Of a stretch of 64,000 bases of DNA, positions 48,403 through 60,790 are shown in pieces (position 1 is the stretch's first letter; each line of letters opens with the position of its first letter). A program made the translations under genes and the position numbers. The stretch comes from Bigelowiella natans CCMP2755 (taxonomy: Eukaryota; Protista; Cercozoa). The stretch spans positions 1 through 64,000 of the forward strand of contig ADNK01002345.1 of assembly GCA_000320545.1 (NCBI GenBank), in the 5' to 3' direction. The notes beneath the pieces were generated by a model that saw only the letters and a list, made by a program, of their open reading frames with translations, ran no database searches and was not told the origin of the DNA.

Positions 48403-50065
48403 CTAGACAAGCTAAATGTAGCTACAATGGGCTTTCTATTCGAGTTTGTCCTTTTGTTTGCGCTGTTGAGTGTCATGGAATGCCGCGACTGAAATTTCAT
48501 GCGAGATGCAAAGCTAGAAAGAGTGATCTCAACTTGTGGGATTGCTGGAGCCTGCGCTTCACGCTAGCGCTGCACACAAGCATGCTAGCATCGGATGTGA
48601 CTGTGACCACTCTAGCACTGCTAGCTAGCTAGACTGCGCTCAAATGGCAAACACCGCATGCTAGCATGGAAAGCGTTTGATTGGCAATCTAGCAATGCCT
48701 AGATGCTAGAATGCGCGATGTGTCAAGCTAGCTAGCTAGCAAGCTGCAAATTGTTGATGATCAACCATGCTAGCATGCCAGCTAACTAGTCAGCATGTGC
48801 TGGCTAGCTGGCAAGAAATGTTCAATTGGAACAAAACACGTCGTGCTGGCTAGCTCTCAGAGCTCACCCAGCTAGCCAGGCTAGCAGGGCTCAGAGCTGG
48901 CGTGCTAGCCACTAGCTAGCTAGCTAGCGTGATTGCGCACTTTGCAATTCCAAATCAGCTTGTTCAATTGGAACAAAGCTGTTCAATCAGAAAACATTGC
49001 AACACGTTCTAGCGTTGCGATCTCGCAGAGTTTTGTTTTGTTCGCTACCAGGCTTGCCAGCTTGTTCGCATCGATCAGAAATGAACGTTCAATTGGAAAG
49101 GCGTGCCAGAGCTAGCAGAGTGCTGGAATGTCCAGAAGCGTGTCACACTGGCAGCACGTCTAGCTAGCTAGAGGCGTTGTAGCGTGTCATGACTGGATGA
49201 TGAAGATGTAGCGTTGCGGTGCAAGTCTGGAAGTGGCGGCTGGACAAGGGCCACAGAGCCAGATTGGTTGCGCTAGCCATGTCAGGCAAAGGGCCAGCGA
49301 GGGTGTGCGAGGAGGTTCGAGTTCTTGAGAGGTTTGACAGTCCAGCAGTTGAGAGGATGCGCATCATGTTCAACCACCGAGTTCACACTGAAAGCCAACC
49401 AAATGCTGCCAGTGCTGCTGGTCATGTGAGCATGTGACAAGCATGTTCTTCCTTCGTTGCTTCTTCGATGCATTTCCAAAGAAAGTGTGACAAGACACTT
49501 GCAGTGTGCGAAGTGCAGTGCCTCGAACTGGCTTCAGTGAGGACTGAAAACTGTCTAGCTGTGCCTCGAACTGACTTTGGTGGGCCAGTGAGAACCAACT
49601 AGTGAAACAAAAAGGAATCAAGAATGGCACGTCCATTCCCAGTTTCATTGTCTTTTGTGCCTGATCTTTGCCAACTTCAGGACCATGCCAGCATGACTTC
49701 TCTGTGCTTTTTGAAAATCCACGTTTCTGAAAACGTTGCAAGACGTTTGCAGATCACGAACATGCACGAAACGCAGTGCCTCGAACTAGCTCCAGTGAGC
49801 AAAAGCGGTGGTTTCAGCTCACGAGCAAAAACCTCGAACAATCTCGATGCCGCACGGTCGGTTTCCAAGATCTTTTGCGAGGGAAAATCTGGCAAAAGAT
49901 CCATTTTGTCCCCTCGACAATCAAAGCACTCGAGATTTCCACTTGAATTGAGAGACAACATGAGTGTCCTGTGGTCAGTATCAAGAGCATTCATGAACTA
50001 CGACAAAAGAGCCCTGCGAGCAGTGTCAAACCCATCATTCGTCTCGGCGTCTCGGCTATCTAAAG

Positions 50066-51202
50066 ATGGGGTGCGGACCAAGCCGTACCCAGATCAAAGC
50101 GAAAGATGATGCTGCAAGTTTGGTGGTGCTTTACGCATATCTCGACCGAATTGGAATCAGCTTTTCGAAAGCACAGGCTTTAGTCGAGAAAGTAACGCCG
50201 CCAAATCTCGAGGACCTCACACTGCTCCTGCAGAAGCACATCACATCTGTCCCTTTTGAGAACCTGGGCCAGCACGAACACTCTGCCTCTGAGGAGCTCA
50301 AAGGGAAGGTAGAATTTCCTGCGTGTGCAGCACGGAATCCGTCACTTCACGTTCACGAGTCTCTCAAGAAGATTGTATTCGATCGGCGTGGGGGATTCTG
50401 CTGGGAAATCAACTTCGCCTTCGCGTGGCTCTTGCGAAGACTGGGATATTCTGTGCGACTTGGGAACTCAAACGTAATTAAACCTCAGGGAGAACCTGTA
50501 CCTGGGCATCTATGCATCTTTGTTGATGGACTCAGTCGATCCCCTGTACTCGTAGACCCGGGGTTTGGGGATGCACCGAGAATTCCGATTCCAGTGGTGT
50601 ACGGAGCCAGAATGAAAGATACCATGATAGGAGACGAGTATTCTGTCATCGCAAATGATGCTTCCAACTACTCTCAAAGCAAGTCCCAGGGAGAACGCTT
50701 TGACAGTGTCCTGACACGCTCACGGTTCCGGGGCCTTGCAAATTCTCCTATGGTGGACTTAGTCGGGATGGACAAGCATCCATCCATTCCAGCGCAGATG
50801 TCGACTCCCGAGGCTGTATATCTCTTCAATTCGAGAGATGAATGTAAAATGGATTGTGAAGAGTTTCGATTCGGGCTGGCATCTGTACTCACAAAATCAG
50901 AGCAGAACTTCTTCTCACAAAAACGATTCTGTTTTCTAGCGACAAAGGAAGGATACGTATTTCAAGGCAAGGTGTACATAAGCAACTGTTAGTATAGAGC
51001 AATAATTTCAATATTTCCATTTTTCTAGTGAACCTATACGTATCTATACATGTAAATGTTGTCGCGCTTTTGATATTACACGCATACGTGTCAGAATTAT
51101 TTCAAGATTGTCAACCACGGGATCGAAAAGCATCGTGAGGAACTAAAAGACGAAGCTGCATATCGAAGATCGTTGATGAAAAATTTTGGAGTTAAATTGT
51201 AG
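50066..51202 (+). CDS. nat: Arylamine N-acetyltransferase family protein
   Basis: VPFENL, catalytic RRGGFCWE (Cys), GHL (His) and VDPGFG (Asp). A long first exon is followed by a short terminal exon ending NFGVKL* at 51202. Confidence 0.9.
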
Positions 51203-53251
51203 CTAAACGTTAAATGTCCTTGTAAACGTTAAATGTCCTTGTAAATTCTACCATCAACTTTACAGTAAAATTGTAGATGCTGCCGCAGAATGACGAAGGT
51301 GTTGCGTTAGTCACTTTAAAGATAGTATTGACTCCGCGTGATGAAGACAACAAAACTGTCACAGTAATTTTAAATAAATGACAACTTGCATGATGTAGAG
51401 AACGCTGACATGGATCGCTGTGACTCCTGGTGACCGCAGACACAACATCTCTCAATGTGTGCCATAGAATGTCATGCGATCGATGGCACCTGCGGTCTGT
51501 GCGATGGATCGAGCGCACCGCCATGTTGACCAGCGACATGGGTGTGTGGTGTGTCATTCGACACTCAATGCACAGCGTTCCTCTTGAGGAAAACAAAAAA
51601 TCACTCATTCTGGAACGATGATGAGCAAACGGAGTTCGAAATGAGATCGTTAGTGCAGCGACAAAGTTGGTTAGCACGCACAGAAGCTAGGCCGCCGAGG
51701 GAGCAACACTAGAGCTAGACGCACGTGTTGTTGAGCCCACGTTGCACACCTTGTGTTTTTCACACGCACCTGATCGAATGCATGCTGTTTCATGCTGCTG
51801 CACGTGTGGGATGCGCGATGGCAAGCAGTGCTCGAACAATGATGAACTAGTCAGCAGACATGCACTCTAGTCGAATACGCACCTCCCCAGCTTGGTTCAT
51901 CATCATTTTGACACACTCATTTTCGCAGATGCTCCCCGCTGCACACCAGCACAGTCTGAGAGATCAATGTTCATCTTGGGTGGCACACGTTTCGCATGGC
52001 CATGCTGGCATGGAACGGGTGAACAGATGGGTGCACTCAAGAACGGCATTCTTGAGTGGAGAGTGGCTTCAGAGCGGGAAAGATCCGATCACTGTGTTCG
52101 AGGCAGCGGCCGTGTGAGTGTGAAACGGAGATGACACCTTCACAATTGTTGCTTTGAAACAGTCGCGGCAAACATTCATGGACACTGCATGGCATTGTGC
52201 ATTCAAGCATGTGAGTTGTTGTTGCTTGCATTCGCCATTTTGGCAAGTTGCCACATCGTCGTCCATCATCGTGATGAACGAGCAACCTTCTCACACGTTG
52301 AAGTGCACGTTGAAGTCAATGTCATCAACGAGGCTGAATGCACATGGAAACACATGGGAAAAAATGACATGACAAACTTGAGAGATGTGTGAGATCGACA
52401 CAATGAAGTGATGAAACTCTTTCAATTGTCATCTCTCCAAGCACGTGCTTCTTCGAGCATTCCTCTGGCCCAAACGGGCCCGGTCAGCCTTTTCTCCATC
52501 ACGTACCGAATTTTTGTTCAATCATTCCATCAGTTCAATTTTTCGCGCTCAAGTTCGAAGTGTGCCACATGAAACGAGGCACGCGTCTGCAAGAGATCTA
52601 GTCTTGAACACTCAGCAGCTGCAAAGATTTTCATTCTTGCGAAAAGCTGTCAAGTAACGTAGTCTTCCAAGACCAAGTTTCAGCGTCAACACAGGGGGTT
52701 TTCAGGGTTCGGCGAAGATCGGTTGCTCCTAAGATTCACGCTCGACATGGAAACATTAGATGTAAGAGTAGCAGAATATCTATGCCTGCGTATTGCTCCA
52801 ACAACCAAAAAAATGCAAATTGCCCTTGACATTTTGATAAAATTCATCTAAATTTGTGCTTCATTATGTATGAACTCTGGCATTGAATTGATGCTTGGTC
52901 TTGCATGATCTTACATTACTCTTACACACGATTCAAGACAAAATCGTCCAAGACGAAGTCACGCATCAGGAAGTGGACGATGAAGGCGAGCATCGGGGAC
53001 TTTCGTCAACCGTCATACGTTTAAACCTGCTTTCGTGGAGAACAAACGGCGTTTTGGAAGTCCTGCTTCGACCAAGATTCTCTTCACAGGCTCTCACTTT
53101 TCAAACTGCGCAAAATCCGTCCGCCCTCCTTCTTTCGCAAGGTGGAGGAACCCGCTGCGCACCCCACATTTTGTGTCTTCCCAGTGATCTCCAATTGTTG
53201 TCGTATGCTTCACTGATGGATTTCCTTAAAATATGGTTTTAGAAGAATAAT

Positions 53252-53692
53252 ATGCTCGCTTCCGTCATGATCACCGTGTTTTTCTGGCTTCTACCTGCAT
53301 CTGCTGTCAAGTATGGCGACGAGGCATTCCAGTCAGCGCAGGAAGGAAATTTCTACGCCTTCTGCAGTGAGTATCCTTTCAATTTGGAGTAGGGACTGAA
53401 GCTAAAGATTTCCTAGGATTTCGCGTCTTTGTCGTCATCATGCAGTCGTCATTCTCAACGCTTTTTTTGCTACTACCGTTTCTAGATGGAAATTCAACAG
53501 ATGGAATCCAGCCCTCAATTGATGTTGTTGATCCCGTGACTGGCACCGTCCTCAAGTCAATTTCAGCCCCCAGCGCTACCGTTTGGGCAGAGTAAGAACG
53601 ATCCCCTTTCTCTACACTTGCCGATTGTCGAAATGCATGCAACGCATGAAAAAGAACAAATCTCCTCAAAGTACTTGCAAATTTGATTATCA

Positions 53693-53747
<55 letters not shown>

Positions 53748-54634
53748 TGTGTGTATCTGGTCGATCTTTTAAAAAAGTCCGGTTTATATGGAAACTTGCG
53801 ACGGTTCCAACCGCCGATTTGTCCTTGCCAACGATCGCGGCGGGAATGTCGTAGTCATCGACGCAGATTCACAGGAGGTAGTACATCGGAGAACCGAGTA
53901 TCTTATGCGAGATATTATTGAGAATGTCACAGTGAATTGTTCTCGCAGATCAACACTGTCGTTCCCATGAGCGCGGCTCCTGTGCATGGGTACTGATCTC
54001 TGTTGAATAAAATATATCTCTCGCCGCGAGAATCATTAATTAGTATGGTCTTTCTTAAGTCACCACAGCCTCTCCTTCAGTTCTGATATTCTTTTCCCTG
54101 CCTTTCTTCCTCCTCTTCCATTTCGTGTAGGTATGGGGTGCCGATGACTGAAGAATTCTGGAGCCACTCTGATGGCGATGGAGTCTTCGACGTGCTGGAT
54201 TTGGAGACACTCGATCAACTCAAACACCAGGACATTATCGTGAGTGACGGCATGGTTGATTCTTGGGAAAGTCATTGTAATCATCATCGTCGTCGTCGTC
54301 GTCTTCATTGTATCTGAAGGCACACGTTGCAATCCCGGGGCATGGAAAGTTGCTTTGGGACGAAGATTTCTACCCAAGAGCCTTTGTGACTAACGTCCGA
54401 GAGGTGTGCGGTGAGAGTAAGCGGATTGTTGGAGTCTTCCTCCTCTCCTTCTTAGAGCATCTGTTGTGGAAAATTGCTCTCGTTTTTGTCGTCGTGACTA
54501 TCGTCTCCTATATTTGAAGACACTCCGAAGTATTGGCCATTTTTTCATCTACATGTATTGTTTTCGATGATCAGCCTTTCGTCTTCGAGATCGACCTCAT
54601 TACCCACCAGGTAGAGGAGACGCCTATGCGCATG

Positions 54635-54689
<55 letters not shown>

Positions 54690-54813
54690 TGTGTTTACTT
54701 ACTTCGTCAGTAAACTTCTTTCCACCTTTTAGATGGTGAGACGCTGGAATTTTACGGAGTACGGGACTTCTCATCCTTTCTATTGTCCAGGTGTATCTAC
54801 TAGCTGTATATGT

Positions 54814-54856
<43 letters not shown>

Positions 54857-54987
54857 CATAATGTATGTCTTCGATATAGTCTTGATTGAATAAGCGACCA
54901 TCAAAATACATGATGCTATTCTTTTTAAGTCATCATGTTTTGACCTCCTTCTTCCACTATTTTCCCTCAAGATGCTCCTAGCACGTT

Positions 54988-55034
<47 letters not shown>

Positions 55035-58000
55035 TGTTTCTTCCTCATGACGAATGCATATGTTTGTGGCTCAAGGGACTCATGGCATCTCATATTCTCG
55101 GGTGCTACCTCACACAACTAAGATATTAACTCCAAAAGGAATAGAAGATTTGCTGTCCCACAGAGCCACCCTTCTATCACTGAGATGTGATGATCATATA
55201 CTTTTTTGCGACTAAGGCCTCTTGCTGTTCTTGTCCTTCTCTTCCTCCTCATTCCGCACAGGTCAACCGACACATCTATGCCACGTGCTCCAGCGTTGGA
55301 CTTGTCGAAATTGACATTGTTAATTTCGGGGTAGTAAGTAAGATGATGATGATAGCAGCAGTACATGATAGGAGGGAGACAAGCACGAGGACGAATAAGT
55401 AGCGGCGATGTTGTATTTTATGCTATGCGGCTGGCATTGTCTGGTCACAGAACGAGAACATTTCGATGAAACATCGAATCGAACCCTTCCCCCCCCCCCT
55501 CACTCCATATCTGAAATGTGTTGTAGGTTGTCGCAAAGCACGGGTTCGCAACGGGTGGGCAGGTAGTTGCGATGAACAAGAATGGTGACGATGATGACGA
55601 TGACGATGACGCAAATTCCGACACAGAAAAGAAATGAAACCTCACAGCATTATGCAATGGCATGCTCTTCACACGCATACGTTCCCTATTCAAATTTACA
55701 TTGACATGACGTCCAGCACCCCCAACTCTAGACATACGAAACACGAGATGAGAAATACATTGTGGTGATCGATAAAGGTATAGTTAGAACGGCATCTACA
55801 GCAACAACAGCAGCAAAAGTGGTGGTGGTAGTGGTGGTGAAAGAGGAGAAAGAAGTGAAAACAGTCGATGTTAACATAAATAATTGTTACAGAGCCGTTT
55901 CTGCCACCATCTCTCTCAGTCCCCCCCCCTCTCTCTATATTCTCCTCCTCCATATCTGAGACTAAGCGTTGAAATGTCAGAAAGCATCGACGAATATTCT
56001 ATTGTAGCAACGATGAGAGAGTAACACTACTACCCCTCCCATCCGTCCTCTCCCCTTTCTTCACGTGTGCGGCTCATCCCCATTCTTTTCAGCTGGAAAC
56101 GCCGTACATGTACTCAAACCGGGGGCCAATGGCCAAGCTTCCTCCATGGTCATCACCGTCTCTCATGTTTCTCTGTTTTGTTCTCCACAGGCGCAGCGAC
56201 GAGAGAACAGTCGCAGAATAGCCATAGCCATCAAACACCACCGCCCTCATAAGCAGCATCCATCATGATCGAACGTCAGCTTCAGAACAACCTCATCGTT
56301 CATCTCGTCGTTTGTGTCTTCCGTGTCATCGTTCCCAGGTGTTTCCGAGCGTCAATGCGACTTTCCCAGGGTCGTCAGCAGGTGAATCGATGAGCATCTC
56401 GGCCAAAGGCGCTCTATGATCTTTGCAGGAGCCGCCACCTCTAATCCGCCATTGTGTGGCTAGTAATTATGGTGTTGCCCTCTCCTCTCGATCGTCCCCC
56501 GATCGGCCCCCTCCCCCCCCTCCTTTCCCTACACTAGCATCTTTTTGTTTGGTTTACATAATGCACTCACCACGCAAATCGCCGCCGCCGCCGCCGCCGC
56601 TACTGCTGCTTCTTTCATGTGTGAGCAGGGAGTCCTGACAAAGTGGCGTTTCACCCAGTAATAATTACAATAGTATGAAAACGATAACAAAGCAAAGACA
56701 AGAACAAAACAACAGCCAAGGCGTTTCCCCCGAAGAAAACATAAAACAATGCTTTCATATTCCAGAGAGACTATCACTAGTGTTCCGACCCCTTAATGCC
56801 TTGCTCTGCTGAATCCCAATTTTCCCGGAAAGAGCTCTCACTAACTGCATCTCATCCCGTCACTCCCGTCACTGGTATCACAGTTGCAGGCGACGACGAC
56901 CAGCAGCGGAGGCTATCGAATGTTCTTCTCGCTGACGCAGCCGCAGCCGCCTTCTATTGTGCAGGTCGTGGGATTTTGCGAGAGTTCTTCTTCTGTGTGC
57001 GCGACAGTTACTCGCACGCATTGCTACTATTACCGTTTCTGCTACCGCTACTTCTACTCCGCTGTAGTATGTTATAGCAGTGGCAGAAACGGTTGGAAGA
57101 CGATGACAACGCCGCTGCTTTTTGAACGTGCGCGAATCTCTTCTTTGCACTCATGAACTGCGACTCACGCATCCTGCCCCGGACACGGGCATGCAGCATA
57201 CAATCCCTATAGTTTGTTGCGGTCACTCACACCCATGACGAGCATTCTCCTCATATACTCCTCCTACTCCCCCACGACACCGACTCGCCATCATACACAT
57301 GGTCTATCAGTCGGGGATGGGATGGATCGACACCACGACTCTCGAGGCCGAGCCAACTGTCACGCACAACCTGCGCTTCATCCAGGTAATCACACCTGCA
57401 AATAGTTACCATGTTCTCCTCCTCCTCCTCCTCCTCCTCCTCCTCCTCCTCCTGTTGCTGTTGCTGCTGCTGCTGCTGCTACTGCTGCTCGTGAGTTGAT
57501 GTGCGCGAATAATAGATGTATATTCCGACAGGCCGGATCTATCATCGGGAGGCACAGACAAATCCATGCCGGAGGTTGGTTTCCTATTCTATTACGACTA
57601 CTGACAACACGAAGGATGGCGGGAATGATGCGTTCTGCTGCCGCATGCTTCCGTTGCGGCTTCTAAACCTCGTCGTCTTTTTTTGTTTGTTTTAAATCGT
57701 ACATTCTCATCTGTTTGGCTTGCTTTGAACAAACTCTAACTAGGTGCATACGTTGCAACCCCAATGCACGCGCCGTTCTCTGGTGTCGCCATTGTCGAAG
57801 CTGAGGGAGGTTGCTGGCCATGTCATCACGAGAGCTAATTCACATAATATAGCACCTTTAATGGTTTTGCTGAGTACTAGTGGTGACAGCATAGAGAAAA
57901 TGGGGGCGAGATGTCGGATGATGACGTTATCCCCCCTCCTTTATTCGCAGGGGCTGGAGGCGTGCCAATCCTACGATGGACGGTCTCGACGAATCTTTCC

Positions 58001-58676
58001 CCCCGTGCGTACGTTAGAAGGGTGTGCTGTGGATATGCATGTATACGCACACGACATATGTATGTATGTGATCTATGCTCCTCACCACGACCTCAGGTTG
58101 GTGCTGCTTTCGACTCAATAGTAGCCTAGTTGATCAACATACTCTTTCTTCTTCTTCTCCTCCTCCTCCCCTCCTCCTTCTCCTCCTCCCCCCCTCCACG
58201 ACTCTCAGAGCGAGTCATCTGGGTTCCCAATGCCTACACCAGCAACGAATGCCCCGCCAAGGACGAGAAGGACGATAGTGGTGGTGAGGATGATGACCTT
58301 GCCCTTTCTTCTGCTGCATCATCGTGGAATGAATGCCTTGTATGTGAGTCTGTGAGAGAGAGAGAGAAAGTGTGTGCACTTAACTACGAAAGTGAACGGA
58401 ACATGGCGTTCAAACCGAGTGGCTCGATGCAATTCTAACTAACGTGTAGATGCACAGCACGCACTCACACGCTCTCCACTGATGTCGCTTCCCTCCATCA
58501 CGGCTGCTACTGCTGTCACTGGTGTTGTTGTTGTTGTTGTTACTACTTTTCCTACTGCCACTGCTGCTGCCTGCCTTTGTACCTATCGGGCTCTCGTTCA
58601 GGGCTCTCAACCGGAGCGACAATTGGTAGTAGCAGTAGCAGCAGCAGTATTAGTTGTAGTAGTAGTAGTAAAAGTA

Positions 58677-58708
<32 letters not shown>

Positions 58709-58975
58709 TAAGTAGTGGTAGTAGCTTGAGTAGTAGATAATAATTGTAGTAGTAGTAGTAGTAGTAGTAGTAATAATAATAGTTCAAGTCTCAAACAGGG
58801 GCATAGCAGAAGCCTGTATGTTCATTGGACATGCACACGTGTACGTAGTGTGTACTTGGTGTGTGGGGGTGGATGGGGATTAAGTATGCAGGAATGAGTT
58901 CCTTATGACGTGTTCATAACTGCTGCGATCGCCCTGATTGGTGTCATCCTGTCTCAGGCATCTCAGTCGCTGTAA
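53252..58975 (+). CDS. ISIP1: ISIP1-like secreted/membrane beta-propeller (iron starvation-induced protein 1 family), many exons
   Basis: Signal peptide MLASVMITVFFWLLPASA. Exons read YGVPMTEEFWSHSDGDG, HGKLLWDE, PFVFEIDL, GTHGISYS, NRHIYATCS..GLVEID and HVLKPGANG, in the same order as motifs I recall from diatom ISIP1. The 3' end is uncertain. Confidence 0.72.
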
Positions 58976-59997
58976 TCGTCAACGTTGGGGCTCTGCTTGC
59001 GTTAATGGTGCTCTAACGAACGTTGGACGCGATGCCATGATTGCCTTTTTTCACCCACCTCGACACGTCAGAGGAACACGTTTAACTCACCATGAGTAGA
59101 TCAACAGCGGTCGGGAGAGAAAGCATTGAACTGCATTTCCCCACTGCATGTTCCTTGCAAACAATGATTCTTAGCATTCCCCTCCCTTATCGTCCCCGCC
59201 TTTTCCTTGCTCCTCCTCCTCCTCCTCCTCCTCACCGCAGATGTACTGCTGCTGCAAGAAACCTGTCGGTGGGAAGAAGGGTACGACTCCTGCCTTTTTT
59301 TGGGCCGTTCTTTTGCAGCAGTACTGACTCATGTGCTGTGAGTTGCGTGTGCGCGAGAGTGTTCAAGTATCATCATCTATCATCACGACTACTACTGTAC
59401 TCATCATCACGACTAACACTGTACTCATCATCACTCTGCGTTTGCGTAGTAGAGGAAGTCAAGGAAAGCAGCGTCGTTTCTGAGGTAGTAGTCATCCTAA
59501 AGGTTAGAAAAAGGTGCTCTTTCGTCACGATAGCAGGGTGGGGACGCCGTAGCAGAGCTGTAAAAGACGACCATGGCGAGAGTAGAAATCTTTGAAGGAA
59601 AATGTTGCAACGGGTCTTTGCCCTGATGAGCGCAAAGACGAGGCTGATGAGAGATGTCAGAGTCCGCTCGTTTGTAACTATTCCTTTTTTTTTTGAATGA
59701 TGCCCAGAACTCCAAGGCCGAGAAGTCCGTTCAGTCTGTGGTGTGAAGCGAGAAATCCCAGAGCTGGAAGACGGGTAGTATGCCGTGTGTTTGTCCTTGG
59801 AACGACTAAGAAGTGCTTGGCGTTGTGGATGAGATGCTGATGACTTTTGGGGGCTTCCACGCGTCTTGACTATGGCACAGCGAGTGTTGTTGATCCAGCA
59901 CCTCTATATATTAAACTAGGCTCAGATACTGCTTGATAAAGACAGAGAGCCTTTTCAGTGCTTGCATGTATTGCCGTATATACATATAGATATGTAC

Positions 59998-60036
<39 letters not shown>

Positions 60037-60790
60037 GTACATGTATTATATGAATTTATGCAACGTGCATTTTGTAGACATGTGCATATGCAGTCATTAT
60101 GTGTGAGTGTGTGTTTGTGTGTGGTGTGTGCGTTTGGCGTACGACGATGAGCGATGTACGTGTGCTTTGGCGTGCAACGCATGACGAGCTTGATGACTTT
60201 GATGATGAGTAGTGCAACAATGCACATGACGTAGCGTGTATTCCTGACTACATGGCAATAGCCAGCATGCAACTCTAGACATAGTTGGCGACTGTTGCAT
60301 CTAGCTAGGCTCATATGCAGCAACACTATCCAGATACCATGCACGTATACATGTGTTAGCATGCATGTGTGACACGATTATTGATCGAGGACTACTGTGT
60401 AGACTACACATGCACAAGTGTACCTATGTGTGCATGTAGTCATGCTAGCATGCATGCTATCTAGCTATGTAGCGCATGAGCGACTAAGCACACACATAGA
60501 TGCTGCACGTTCTATTCATGACAATCTCGAACCTGCGCTGCACTGGCGTAGGCAGAGCGAAAGCTGGCGCGCCTATCAATCTCTCATGGGCTCTGCTACA
60601 CGCACATGCAAGGCACTCGATCACAGCGCACGTAGTCATGTGTAATGCTCCATACAATGACGACCACGCCGACGACGCGCGAAAATTGTTCTTTACAGTG
60701 ATCTTTAGCATGACAAACGATTCAAGACAAATATATCATTTACATCTTATGCATTGATAGACGTCACAGCCACCAAAATGACGTTCATCA

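Noticed and set aside
49620-50050. Protein-like minus-strand segments (and similar ones at 39000-39420 and 51800-53240)
   Set aside because: They may be further decayed captured gene fragments, but I found no parent in the window and recognised no family.
51204-51245. 19-bp tandem duplication (TAAACGTTAAATGTCCTTG x2) after the NAT stop codon
   Set aside because: An ordinary slippage duplication in a 3' UTR with no further structure.
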